Counted from the stretch's first letter, positions 18,363 through 27,921 are shown. The stretch: DNA of 64,000 nt from Candidatus Nomurabacteria bacterium (GCA_023267375.1 JAHFNJ010000005.1:1285-65284); one strand, 5' to 3'. Notes: a model not told the origin generated them from the sequence alone. Made by a program: numbers and translations.

Positions 18363-20432
18363 ATGGCAAAAGAATCTGAAAAAGCAAAAAAGTATGGTGC
18401 AGAGTCTATTTCTGTCCTTGAAGGATTGGAGCCGGTACGTCGCCGTCCGGGCATGTATATCGGTACGACTGGTATCGATGGTCTCCATCACTTGGTTTGG
18501 GAAATTTTCGACAACTCACGCGACGAAGCGATGGGTGGTTTTTGTACGCACATTGAAGTAGCGCTCCTTCCAAACAATCGCATTCGTGTCGCCGACAACG
18601 GCCGCGGTATTCCTGTCGACGTGCACCCAAAAACAAAAGTATCCGCATTAGAAACTGTCATGACGACGCTTCACGCCGGCGGTAAATTCGGTGGTGATGA
18701 TTCTGGCTACAAGGTATCTGGCGGTTTGCACGGGGTAGGCGCATCTGTGGTGAACGCACTTTCTACGTATACAAAAGCAGAAGTGCATCGCGATGGCGGA
18801 AAGTATATGCAGGAGTATGCGCAGGGAAAGAAAAAAGGCGCTGTTAAAAAAGTGGGCTCATCAAAAGCGCATGGCACCATCATTTCATTTGAACCAGATC
18901 CAGAAATTTTCAAAGAGGGAACTGCGTTTGATTACAATACGATTGTGAATCACTTGCGCCAACAGGCATACCTCGTGCGTGGTTTGCGTATCAGTATTAT
19001 TGATGCGCGTCTGTATGAAGGAAAGATCGACGACGATGTGATCTATCTCGCAGAAATCGGATTCGAAATGCCTTCAACAACATTTTATTTTGAAGGCGGA
19101 CTCGTGTCTCTCGTAAAATACTACACGCGTATGCAGAAAGCGCTCCACGACAATATTTTCTATGTGGAGAAAGAGCAAGACGGTGTGGGCGTAGAAATCG
19201 CCCTCCAGTATGTAGATGACATGAGCGATAAGATCGTTCCATTTGCGAACAACATCTACAACCCAGAAGGTGGTACACACGTGACTGGTTTCAAAACTGC
19301 GCTTACTCGTTTATTGAATACCTACAGCAAGAAAAATAATATTTTGAAAGAAGCGGAAGGAGGATTTACTGGTGAAGATGTCCTTGAGGGTCTCGTGGCG
19401 GTTATTTCAGTAAAGCTTCGTGAAATTCAATTCGAAGGCCAAACGAAAGCGAAGTTGGGCTCAATGGAAGCACAAGGAGCTGTGGCTACGGTATTTGGAG
19501 AAGCTTTTGCGAACTTCCTTGAAGAGAATCCTGATAACGCTAAAGCTATCATCAATAAGGCAATTTTGGCGCTTAAAGCTCGTAAGGCGGCAAAAGCGGC
19601 AAAGGATTCAGTGCTCCGTAAGGGGGCGCTTGAAGGTATGACTCTTCCAGGTAAACTCTCCGATTGTCAGAGTAAAGATGCAAGTGAATCAGAAATCTTC
19701 ATCGTAGAGGGAGATTCGGCAGGCGGTACGGCAAAAATGGGACGTGACCGAAAGACACAGGCAGTGTTGCCACTCCGCGGTAAAATCTTAAACGTTGAAC
19801 GTGCACGTCTTGATCGCATGCTCGGTTCTGAACAAATCAAGAACTTGGTTATCGCAATGGGTACTTCGATCGGCGACACTTTCGATCTTTCAAAGATGCG
19901 CTATCACAAGATCATTATCGCGACAGATGCGGACGTCGACGGTGCGCACATTCGTACGCTTTTGTTGACGCTCTTGTACCGTTACTTCCGTCCAATCCTC
20001 GACGCTGGATTTATTTATATTGCGCAGCCACCGCTTTTCAAGATAAAAAAAGGAAAGGAAATTCACTATGCATACAGCGACGAAGAGCGTAACGCTATTG
20101 CTGGAGATATGCCTGATATCGAAGAGATGATTAAGAAAGCTGAGGACGAGGATGCTGAAGGGGGAGGCGAGGAATCAGAAGAAGCTGAAGAAGAAAAAAC
20201 AAAGAAAGGTTCTACAAAAGTGCACATCCAGCGTTACAAAGGTCTCGGAGAAATGAATGCTGAAGAACTCTGGGAAACGACTATGGATCCAGCTCGCCGT
20301 GTACTTAAACAAGTAAATATCGAAGACGCAGAGCTTGCAAACGAAGTCTTTGACACGCTCATGGGTTCTGATGTCGGTCCTCGTAAATCGTTCATCCAAT
20401 CGCACGCAAAGACTGCAGAGATTGATATCTAG
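18363..20432 (+). CDS. gyrB: DNA gyrase subunit B
   Basis: LEGLEPVRRRPGMYIG, VEGDSAGG, PLRGKILNV, DADVDGAHI, QRYKGLGEM. Confidence 0.97.
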   Translation: MAKESEKAKKYGAESISVLEGLEPVRRRPGMYIGTTGIDGLHHLVWEIFDNSRDEAMGGFCTHIEVALLPNNRIRVADNGRGIPVDVHPKTKVSALETVMTTLHAGGKFGGDDSGYKVSGGLHGVGASVVNALSTYTKAEVHRDGGKYMQEYAQGKKKGAVKKVGSSKAHGTIISFEPDPEIFKEGTAFDYNTIVNHLRQQAYLVRGLRISIIDARLYEGKIDDDVIYLAEIGFEMPSTTFYFEGGLVSLVKYYTRMQKALHDNIFYVEKEQDGVGVEIALQYVDDMSDKIVPFANNIYNPEGGTHVTGFKTALTRLLNTYSKKNNILKEAEGGFTGEDVLEGLVAVISVKLREIQFEGQTKAKLGSMEAQGAVATVFGEAFANFLEENPDNAKAIINKAILALKARKAAKAAKDSVLRKGALEGMTLPGKLSDCQSKDASESEIFIVEGDSAGGTAKMGRDRKTQAVLPLRGKILNVERARLDRMLGSEQIKNLVIAMGTSIGDTFDLSKMRYHKIIIATDADVDGAHIRTLLLTLLYRYFRPILDAGFIYIAQPPLFKIKKGKEIHYAYSDEERNAIAGDMPDIEEMIKKAEDEDAEGGGEESEEAEEEKTKKGSTKVHIQRYKGLGEMNAEELWETTMDPARRVLKQVNIEDAELANEVFDTLMGSDVGPRKSFIQSHAKTAEIDI

Positions 20433-20446
20433 TGTAGTAAATTTTT

Positions 20447-21187
20447 ATGGATGAGACTCCTATAAAAAAGACAAACTGGAAACTAATATCTATTACAATA
20501 ATATTAGTTGTTATACAAGCAGCACTAGTTTTTTATGGATTTCTTCTTGTTATTTTTAATGGTCTCGATACTTATAGTCCAGAACTCGTTTTTCAGGGGG
20601 CAATTTTTTTACTTATTGCCACAGCCCTACCTATACCATTTGTACGTTCTGCTAAAAAATCAGGATCGCTTTCTATTCTTAGTTTAAACTTGTTTATTAG
20701 CGGAGCAACTGCTTTATTTTTGATAGGATTACTTCTCTCCTCTATTCTAGGTAGTATACAACACCATAAAGAACAAAAAGACTTTCAAAATAAAACTGCT
20801 ATCTATGCAGATGCTGCAAAAATTCAATATGAAAAAATACTAACTGAAACAAATGAAGTAAAAATTATAGGGTGGATGAATAACAATTCAGGAACTAATC
20901 TTTTGCAGACTGACAAGGGTTTCGAAGTCCACTTCAATGATATGTCATATGTACCTGAAGTAGTTGACTATATAAATAAAAACGTAATTGGGCGTACTGT
21001 TGATGTTGTTGTTCCTAGTTTTGTCTCTGAAAGTACAATATTTTTTGTTGATTCTAACGGCGGAGCTACGGATTCCACGATTAATTCAATACCTGTATGC
21101 GGATGTGATCTTAATGTTGATGGTAAAACTCTGACCCCTATTTTATCAAATATGCTACAGCAGCTTTTTAAGGAAGGAAAGTATTAA
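20447..21187 (+). CDS. Hypothetical membrane protein (3 TM segments plus soluble domain), AT-rich
   Basis: 246-aa ORF with hydrophobic N-terminal half. Confidence 0.6.
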   Translation: MDETPIKKTNWKLISITIILVVIQAALVFYGFLLVIFNGLDTYSPELVFQGAIFLLIATALPIPFVRSAKKSGSLSILSLNLFISGATALFLIGLLLSSILGSIQHHKEQKDFQNKTAIYADAAKIQYEKILTETNEVKIIGWMNNNSGTNLLQTDKGFEVHFNDMSYVPEVVDYINKNVIGRTVDVVVPSFVSESTIFFVDSNGGATDSTINSIPVCGCDLNVDGKTLTPILSNMLQQLFKEGKY

Positions 21188-21732
21188 TGAAATCAAAACT
21201 CATCATTGTTACCGGCAATCCGCTCAAATTTCGAGAGCTCTCAGCCGCACTTGGTGAGTTTTTTGATTGTGAACAGCGGGTGCTTGAAGACAACTATGAA
21301 ATACAGGGAGCTCCAGAAGAAATTCTTCAACACAAACTCTTGCGCGCCTATGAGACTTTTAAACAACCGGTTTTGGTAGATGATACCTCGCTCCATTTTG
21401 AAATACTCGGAGGTTTTCCTGGTCCGTACATTCGAGATTTTTTTCGAGCACTCAAGCCATGGCAGATGGGGGAACGGTTTGCAGGGAGCCGTATTGAAGC
21501 AGTCTGTCGACTAGGAATTTGCAAAGGGGAGAATAATATAACTATCGGCGAAGGTCGCGTGCAAGGGGTGGTGGTGAAGCCTGAAACAAAAGATGATAAC
21601 GCACGAGAGTTTGATTTATTTTTTCTTCCTGATGGCGTAGAAAAAGTGATGCTCGAATATTCTCCCGAAGAGAAAAATGCTTTCTCTCACCGTGGGAATG
21701 CCATACGAGATTTGATAAGCAAATTACAATAA
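21187..21732 (+). CDS. Non-canonical purine NTP pyrophosphatase (Ham1/RdgB/ITPase family)
   Basis: VTGN..K, VDDTSL, GFPGPY, KNAFSHRG. Confidence 0.9.
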   Translation: MKSKLIIVTGNPLKFRELSAALGEFFDCEQRVLEDNYEIQGAPEEILQHKLLRAYETFKQPVLVDDTSLHFEILGGFPGPYIRDFFRALKPWQMGERFAGSRIEAVCRLGICKGENNITIGEGRVQGVVVKPETKDDNAREFDLFFLPDGVEKVMLEYSPEEKNAFSHRGNAIRDLISKLQ

Positions 21733-21765
21733 CAAAAATCCCGCATATGCGGGATTTTTGTTATT
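21728..21765. terminator. Bidirectional terminator, perfect 38-bp palindrome between convergent genes
   Basis: aataacaaaaatcccgcat|atgcgggatttttgttatt. Confidence 0.85.
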
Positions 21766-23506
21766 TTCTTTCTTTAATTTCAGCAGAGACTGTTTGTATA
21801 AATTCTTCCGTTCCCATTTCCACTTTTGTCCCGTCACGTTTTTCAATCGTCAGATTACCGGACTCGATTTCTTTATCGCCCAGAACGATGGTGTAGGGAG
21901 TTTTCATTGCCTTTGCTGCATGAATGCGCTTCCCGAGGCTATCATTTGAAGAAATAATTTCGACGCGGATGTTTGCAGTTTTTAATTTTTTTGCAATCTC
22001 TTTGGCGCCCTCATCATGATTTTCGCGTACGGGAACAATCGCAACTTGAATGGGAGCAAGCCAAGTAGGGAAGTTTCCAGCGTAGTGTTCAAGGAGAATT
22101 CCCATGAATCTATCGGGAGATCCAATAAGTGCACGGTGAATCATTACCGGTGTTTTTCGGAGTCCGTCGCTATCAGTGAACTCAAGTTCAAATCTTTTTG
22201 GTTGATTGAAATCAAGCTGAATGGTAGATATCTGCCATTCACGTCCTAGTGCGTCGACTGCCATGATGTCTATCTTTGGTCCATAAAACGCAGCTTCACC
22301 CTCTGCGTCTTTATGAGGAATTTTTTTTTCTTCTAGAAGTTTCTTCATGATTGTTTGAGATTTTTCCCATACAGCATCTTCTCCTAGATATTTTTCTTTT
22401 TTGTTCGGGTCACGCAGTGAAAGTCGCATCCAGTATTCTACGTTATAGACAGCGAGCGCTTTTTCAATTGCCTCAAGTACGTGTTCAATCTCGCTTTCGA
22501 TTTGATCCTCTCGGCAGAAAATATGTCCATCATCTTGCGAAAATGCTCGTAGGCGCGTAAGCCCAGACATTTCCCCTGGACGCTCATCGCGGTAGAGGAC
22601 TGCAAAATCAGAATAACGGATGGGAAGGTCGCGATAACTTCTTGGTTTTGATGCGTAGATCTGGGTGTGCTGTGGGCAGTTCATCGGCTTTAAGAACATT
22701 TCATCGGAAACGTATTGTGATGTTACTGAAAGCATATCTTCTTTATATTTGTCGTAATGACCAGATATTTTGAATAGTTCTCCCTTGTTTATATTTGGTG
22801 TGTGTACTTCTCCGAAACCAAGCGCATCATTTAATTCGCGAGAGAATTTTATTATTTCTTCGCGTACAATATTTCCTTTTGGCGTAAACAATGGCATTCC
22901 AACACCGACTAAATCAGAAAAAGTGAAAAGATCCATTTCTCGTCCAAGTTTTCTGTGATCTCGTTTTTTTGCTTCTTCTTGCTGGAGAATGTATGCATCG
23001 AGTTCTTCTTTGGTAGGGAACGCTAGGCCGTAGATGCGGGTGAGCATCGGATTTTTTTCATCGCCGCGCCAGTAGGCGCCGGCCACACGATCTAGTTTGA
23101 ATGAGTCGGGTGAAATTTCTTTGGCTGGATTTTCAGCGTGTCCGCCGCGACACAGATCAGTAAATCCTCCGCAGGTATAGAGAGTGATTGTTTCGCCACG
23201 ATCAGCGATTTCATTGATGAGTTCTATTTTGTATTGATTGCCACTAAAGAGTGCGAGGGCTTCATCCTTTGACACTTCCTTGTGGGTAAATTCGGTCCAC
23301 TTCGGGAGGCTTTTCTTCATGTATTTCTCGATTTTCGCCAAATCAGCGTCGCTGATCTTTTCAGTGCCGAAATCAATATCGTAGTAGAAGCCATTATCTA
23401 CAGCAGGACCCAATGTAAGGTGGGCGTTTGGGTACTGGTCTTTGACAACTTGTGCCAAAAGGTGCGCCAATGTATGGCGGACATGGGCTAGTTTTTCATC
23501 GTTCAT
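21761..23506 (-). CDS. thrS: Threonine--tRNA ligase (lacks N-terminal TGS domain)
   Basis: RHTLAHLL, DLCRGGH, RDHRKLG, LKPMNCPQH, GEAAFYGPKID; start chosen 7 nt after TGCTACTAT. Confidence 0.96.
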   Translation of the reverse strand: MNDEKLAHVRHTLAHLLAQVVKDQYPNAHLTLGPAVDNGFYYDIDFGTEKISDADLAKIEKYMKKSLPKWTEFTHKEVSKDEALALFSGNQYKIELINEIADRGETITLYTCGGFTDLCRGGHAENPAKEISPDSFKLDRVAGAYWRGDEKNPMLTRIYGLAFPTKEELDAYILQQEEAKKRDHRKLGREMDLFTFSDLVGVGMPLFTPKGNIVREEIIKFSRELNDALGFGEVHTPNINKGELFKISGHYDKYKEDMLSVTSQYVSDEMFLKPMNCPQHTQIYASKPRSYRDLPIRYSDFAVLYRDERPGEMSGLTRLRAFSQDDGHIFCREDQIESEIEHVLEAIEKALAVYNVEYWMRLSLRDPNKKEKYLGEDAVWEKSQTIMKKLLEEKKIPHKDAEGEAAFYGPKIDIMAVDALGREWQISTIQLDFNQPKRFELEFTDSDGLRKTPVMIHRALIGSPDRFMGILLEHYAGNFPTWLAPIQVAIVPVRENHDEGAKEIAKKLKTANIRVEIISSNDSLGKRIHAAKAMKTPYTIVLGDKEIESGNLTIEKRDGTKVEMGTEEFIQTVSAEIKERK

Positions 23507-23600
23507 ACCGGTCATAGTAGCATATCTCTACAGTGAAAAAAAGTTCCGTTTGTTGCAGAAAACCTTATTTTTGCTATACTGCGTGGACGAGTTTTTACAT

Positions 23601-23672
23601 CGCGGGGAGGAGCAACGGTTGCTCGTCGGGCTCATAACCCGAAGGTAGTTGGTTCAATTCCAGCCCCCGCAA
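23601..23672 (+). tRNA. tRNA-fMet (CAT), initiator
   Basis: C1:A72 mismatch, anticodon stem tcggg/cccga with three G-C pairs, loop ctcataa, T-loop ttcaatt; no encoded CCA. Confidence 0.93.
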
Positions 23673-23827
23673 CAATTCAACAAACCGGTAGGTTTGTGAA
23701 TTTTGCGAGGGGAGTAAGCAAATTGATTTGCTTACGTCTGGAATTGAAAGACTTTTCGTTGCCGAGCTTTGCTCGGTCGAAAAGTACCTGGCTACGTGGT
23801 AGCCAATGAAAGCCCCCGCAACAATTC
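23673..23827 (+). other. tRNA-3'-linked structured element 1 (core type A)
   Basis: Split antisense of tRNA 3' end at 23703-23712 and 23738-23748; core AGACTTTTC..GAAAAGTACCTGGCTA..TAGCC; 17-bp direct repeat 23662-23678 = 23811-23827. Confidence 0.85.
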
Positions 23828-23868
23828 GGCACGTGACATGCCCACTATGTCTATTTGCTGAATAATAT

Positions 23869-23942
23869 GTCGGCGTAGCTCAGGTAGTTAGAGCATGGCA
23901 CTCATAAAGCCAAGGTCGGAGGTGCAAGTCCTCCCGCCGACA
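23869..23942 (+). tRNA. tRNA with CAT anticodon (elongator Met or Ile2)
   Basis: gtcggcg/cgccgac acceptor, loop ctcataa, T arm ggagg-tgcaagt-cctcc. Confidence 0.85.
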
Positions 23943-24085
23943 CCCGTTTAGGCGGAACAAGCAAATTTATTTGCTTGTGTGAGGACTTGCAAGGCGCAGC
24001 TATACTTTGCCAGTAGGCAAAGTAGCGAGCCGGGGTCGAGAAATTTTGCGAGTGACGGCGAGCAAAATATTCGTGACCAAGTCCT
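23943..24085 (+). other. tRNA-3'-linked structured element 2 (core type B)
   Basis: ggcgg 23951-23955, 25-nt hairpin insert, gaggacttgca 23981-23991 (antisense of this tRNA); ends in caagtcct repeat at 24078-24085. Confidence 0.8.
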
Positions 24086-24135
24086 AGAAATTAGAAAATT
24101 TTTCTAATTTGTGGTAGTTTAGAGAAGTTATATTT

Positions 24136-24209
24136 GCGGGCGTAGCTCAGCTGGTTAGAGCGCTCCCCTGTCACGGGAGAGGTCGTGGGTTCAAATCCCA
24201 TCGCTCGCG
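24136..24209 (+). tRNA. tRNA-Asp (GTC)
   Basis: gcgggcg/cgctcgc acceptor, ctccc-ctgtcac-gggag anticodon arm, G73. Confidence 0.93.
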
Positions 24210-24387
24210 CAATTAAAAAATCCCCTTTATGGGGATTTTTTAATGCGAGCGAAGCAAGACAACTGCTTGTCTTGCGTTGGGATTTGAACAGCGGAGCTAT
24301 GTTTTACAAGCTTGCAAAACAAGCGAGCTGGTGCCCAGACCGAGCCGAGTGGCGACGAGGCGAGAGTCGCGGGAAAATCCCATCGCT
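24210..24387 (+). other. tRNA-3'-linked structured element 3 (core type B)
   Basis: 14-bp spacer hairpin; gcgagcga 24245-24252, 25-nt insert, tgggatttgaac 24278-24289; 13-bp direct repeat 24193-24205 = 24375-24387. Confidence 0.85.
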
Positions 24388-24390
24388 TAC

Positions 24391-24432
24391 ACACATAAGA
24401 AAATTCCCATAAAAAGGAATTTTCTTATGTGT
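24391..24432. terminator. 17-bp stem hairpin after element 3
   Basis: acacataagaaaattcc / ggaattttcttatgtgt. Confidence 0.7.
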
Positions 24433-24468
24433 GGTCGAAAATATTTTTTATCTGCTATAATTCTCAAC

Positions 24469-27400
24469 ATGTGTGGCATTACTGCAGTTTTCAATTCTAG
24501 TAACTCAGAATTAAAAGCCAATAAATCTCTAGAAAAAATCCAACATAGAGGAGGTAGTACTTTTGAGCTGGAAACATTTCCAAACGCAACTATCGGCGCT
24601 AATCGTTTGCCTATAGTTGGAAGACTCTCTGGAAAGCAACCTCTCCATAATGAAGACAAGACTATTTTTGCAGTTCAGAATGGTGAAATTTTTAATCATA
24701 AAGAATTACGTGCTGAACTTGAAAAACTGAATCATGTTTTTTCATCTGAATCAGATACAGAGGTTCTCGTGCATGCGTACGAAGAATGGGGATCTGAAAT
24801 GGTATATAAGCTGGATTCGGAGATGTATGCATTTATTGTATACAACACAAAAACTAAAGATATCTTCGCCGCTCGTGATCCACTTGGAGTAAAACCTTTT
24901 TATTACACAAAAACTAAAGATGGAGAAATATTATTTGCTTCAGAGTTGAAGCAGCTAGTGCAATTTGAAAACGTAACTACAGTGAATGAATTTCCACAAG
25001 GTAGCTATTACTTCAATGGAAAATTCACTAAATACTTTAAAATAGAAGATCCAAAAACGAAGCTTTCCGAAACTTCCGCTATTCGTTTGCTTGAAAAAAA
25101 TATTGTTGAGGCAGTGAGAAAACGAGTAGATACAGATTTACCTATCGGTGTCTTTTTAAGTGGAGGAGTTGACAGCTCTCTTGTTATGGAAATCGCGACG
25201 CGTTTTCATCCGGATGTCACTGCTATTATTTTAGGAAATACCGGTTCTTCGGATTATGAATTTGCTCTACGTCTCTGTAAGGACCGTGGATACAAATATC
25301 AGATAGTATCTCCAAATATCGACTATAAACAAGAGCTTGATGAGGTACTCTATTACCTGGAAACATATGAGCCATTGGTGATTCGGCAAGGATTTGCCAA
25401 CTGGATTTGTTCTCGTGAAGCACAGAAGCTCGGCTTGAGCATTGTTCTTGTTGGCGAAGGAGCTGATGAATTGTTTGCTGGATACAATGAGTTTTCTGCT
25501 CTGTCAGATAATAATATAAATAAGGGGTGTAAAATGCTTACTGAAAATCTTGGCAAAGGCCATCTCAAGCGAGTTGATCGTGGGGCGATGCGTTTTACCG
25601 TAGAAGTAAGATCTCCCTTGTTAGATACCAAAGTCATTGATACCGCGTTTAAAATCAAAGGAGATTTAAAAATTAAAAAAGAAAATCATCGTGTTACTAC
25701 AAAATATATTCTTCGCAAGGTGGCTGAAAACTTTCTACCAGACTACATTGCATGGCGCTATAAGATGCCTTTTGCTAATGGAGCCGGAATGAATGTGGGT
25801 TATAACTATAAATCTGGCGATGGTGCGCTTGGAGAAATAACTAAATCATACAAGACTACAATTGATTCAAAAACCGCAAAAGAATTTAAACTCGAAACCC
25901 CAGAAGAGAATTATTACTTCCAAAAGTTTAAGGAATTTGGCTACGCAAAGCTTGCCGAAGCAAAGGACCGAATAATAGTAAAAGACATTCTACAAACCCT
26001 CAATACCTCAAAAAAGCAGAGGATTGTTGTGGCAGAGTTCGGAAAGTTAGCTCTTTATTTTCCTGTATATTTAGCTGCACAAAAGAAAATTTTTGATATG
26101 CATGAGTTGGAGGTTGATTTCATTGCAACTGGTGGCGACGATAAAACATACGCGACCCTGTTGAACAATTCAGGACAAATAGGTCTTTCTGACCCTCTAT
26201 TCGCAATGTTTGAAGACGGAATAAACATGAATGGATACGGTGAAATAATTGGAGAGTTGGTTCACTCAACTCCAATTGTTGCAGTAACACTTAACCCAAA
26301 GATTACTATCAATTCACTTCAGGATTTTTCTCAATATAAGGTTGGATCTTTTCAAAAATACTCCACGACAAACACCGTAGCTTCGTATCTTTTGAAAAAC
26401 CAAAACATTTCTGCCTATGACTTTAAAGAGTTTCCAAGCAAGCTAGTTGATAGAGAGATCGATATCGCCGTAGTACTGCTTGAACAAGCACTTAATATCG
26501 AAGCATTAGGTGGCAGAATCGTACACGATTTTAGAAACGATATGTCTCAATACCTATTTTCTGGTTTTACAATTGCTTCGACGTTACCTAAAAATGTAAG
26601 GGGTAAACTTCCTAGTTTCACTTCAGCTATTAAAGAAGCTTTGAAGTACATCAAATTCAATCAAGCAGATGCTGTTGCTGAATTTAGAGCATTGTTCCCA
26701 GAGTTGATAAACCCAGAAAAAGTATTACTTGAATACCAAAAGTTTTGGGTCCAGAGTCTTAAAATCAACAGAGAAGACTATCTCAAGTCGCACACTACGT
26801 GGAAAAGCTTGTACCCAAACATACTTAAGAATCATGACCTCCCTTACTACCGAAGTTATTCAGACGCAGATAAAATCCTAGATACGATAAATGCCCGGGC
26901 AATTCGTAGAGAATATCCATATCGTGAAGATAAGCTTATTGAACTAATAAATAAAAAAATCAGCACAAAAGAACCACTTACTTTTTTTGGTTTTTGGGGT
27001 GCAGGACCAAAAAAAGATACGGATGATCGCGATAAACGAACCTTGGACTATCTCGCTCAGTACATCTCGAACTTAAACAAAGTATATAAAAATGGAGTTT
27101 CTGTGACTTTTATATTAGCGGACAAGCATGCTGAAAATAACGAGTACGACAAATCAAATATTGGCCCATACATTCAACAAGTAAAACAAGAGATGGCAAA
27201 TCGTGGGTTTAAAACGGTTTTACTGTCCGATATCTGGAAAAAATATGACCTTACCCGCGATAAAGTTGTTTCCACACTTAATTCCAAGCCAAAAGGATGG
27301 TGGCAGAAGATTTCCATTGCAAAAAAACTAGAAGAGAAATCCAATGAATATTTCAATGGAGCTGACAAGTTACTTGGTGCACAGCGCTATTATGTATTAA

Positions 27401-27561
27401 GAGATCTAGAAAAAAGAATACTAAAACAAGAGTATCCGGACTCAATATTCTTTGTATATGGAGACAGTTTTGCCCAGCAAATCTATCCGGATATGCCTAC
27501 TCTGTATTTCTTTACTGAAAAGATCTATTACGGCAATTGTCCTTGGTTTAATCTTGATTAG
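24469..27561 (+). CDS. AsnB-family glutamine amidotransferase fused to an NMT1/SsuA-like solute-binding domain and a C-terminal Rossmann-like domain
   Basis: MCGI start (Ntn catalytic Cys), HRG, NGEIFN, SDTEV, ARDPLGVKP, LSGGVDSS, GEGADELFAGY; then 'P.YLAAQK.IF...LEV.F...GGD' SBP motif. Confidence 0.85.
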   Translation: MCGITAVFNSSNSELKANKSLEKIQHRGGSTFELETFPNATIGANRLPIVGRLSGKQPLHNEDKTIFAVQNGEIFNHKELRAELEKLNHVFSSESDTEVLVHAYEEWGSEMVYKLDSEMYAFIVYNTKTKDIFAARDPLGVKPFYYTKTKDGEILFASELKQLVQFENVTTVNEFPQGSYYFNGKFTKYFKIEDPKTKLSETSAIRLLEKNIVEAVRKRVDTDLPIGVFLSGGVDSSLVMEIATRFHPDVTAIILGNTGSSDYEFALRLCKDRGYKYQIVSPNIDYKQELDEVLYYLETYEPLVIRQGFANWICSREAQKLGLSIVLVGEGADELFAGYNEFSALSDNNINKGCKMLTENLGKGHLKRVDRGAMRFTVEVRSPLLDTKVIDTAFKIKGDLKIKKENHRVTTKYILRKVAENFLPDYIAWRYKMPFANGAGMNVGYNYKSGDGALGEITKSYKTTIDSKTAKEFKLETPEENYYFQKFKEFGYAKLAEAKDRIIVKDILQTLNTSKKQRIVVAEFGKLALYFPVYLAAQKKIFDMHELEVDFIATGGDDKTYATLLNNSGQIGLSDPLFAMFEDGINMNGYGEIIGELVHSTPIVAVTLNPKITINSLQDFSQYKVGSFQKYSTTNTVASYLLKNQNISAYDFKEFPSKLVDREIDIAVVLLEQALNIEALGGRIVHDFRNDMSQYLFSGFTIASTLPKNVRGKLPSFTSAIKEALKYIKFNQADAVAEFRALFPELINPEKVLLEYQKFWVQSLKINREDYLKSHTTWKSLYPNILKNHDLPYYRSYSDADKILDTINARAIRREYPYREDKLIELINKKISTKEPLTFFGFWGAGPKKDTDDRDKRTLDYLAQYISNLNKVYKNGVSVTFILADKHAENNEYDKSNIGPYIQQVKQEMANRGFKTVLLSDIWKKYDLTRDKVVSTLNSKPKGWWQKISIAKKLEEKSNEYFNGADKLLGAQRYYVLRDLEKRILKQEYPDSIFFVYGDSFAQQIYPDMPTLYFFTEKIYYGNCPWFNLD

Positions 27562-27615
27562 CTAAACTTGGGGGTATAGATATCTCGGGTGTTTTTTTGT
27601 TTGCATTTCATATAT

Positions 27616-27639
27616 ACATATGCTAATATGTGCATATGT
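27616..27639. promoter_or_regulatory. Inverted repeat, probable ArsR autoregulatory operator
   Basis: acatatgc-N8-gcatatgt overlapping the ArsR start codon. Confidence 0.55.
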
Positions 27640-27920
27640 CTGATTTATGTAAAGAAATAGCCAAGATGGGCAAGGGGATAGGGAACGAGAACCGTTTCCG
27701 TGTCCTTGAAGCAATTATGAAAAAACCGCAAACAGTAGGGGAGATTGCGGTGAAGGTAAAACTCCCGCAGCCCGCTGTCTCGCAACATCTTAAAATACTC
27801 AAATCCGCAAATTTAGTCGAAGATGTGCGGTGTGGAAAAACAGTAGTGTATACAGTAAACGTCGCTTACATGGCTTCACTTCTGAGAAAATTAACAATTG
27901 GATTACCTAATAAAAAATAA
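27636..27920 (+). CDS. ArsR/SmtB family transcriptional regulator
   Basis: R..VL..I.....TVGEIA.....QPAVSQHLKILKSANLV...R.G..V.Y. Confidence 0.9.
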   Translation: MSDLCKEIAKMGKGIGNENRFRVLEAIMKKPQTVGEIAVKVKLPQPAVSQHLKILKSANLVEDVRCGKTVVYTVNVAYMASLLRKLTIGLPNKK

Positions 27921-27921
27921 T

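Noticed and set aside
23749-23804. Hammerhead or other known small ribozyme in core A
   Set aside because: No CUGANGA core on either strand by eye; an Rfam search would be needed to exclude others.
23673-24432. CRISPR array or tRNA introns/split tRNAs as explanation for the repeats
   Set aside because: There is no constant repeat with regular spacers and no cas gene, and each upstream tRNA is already complete and uninterrupted.
24277-24468. 64-aa N-terminal extension of the AsnB fusion in the ORF track (MGFEQRSY...)
   Set aside because: It is translation of element 3. Ntn amidotransferases need Cys at position 2, and MCGI at 24469 has its own -10 box.
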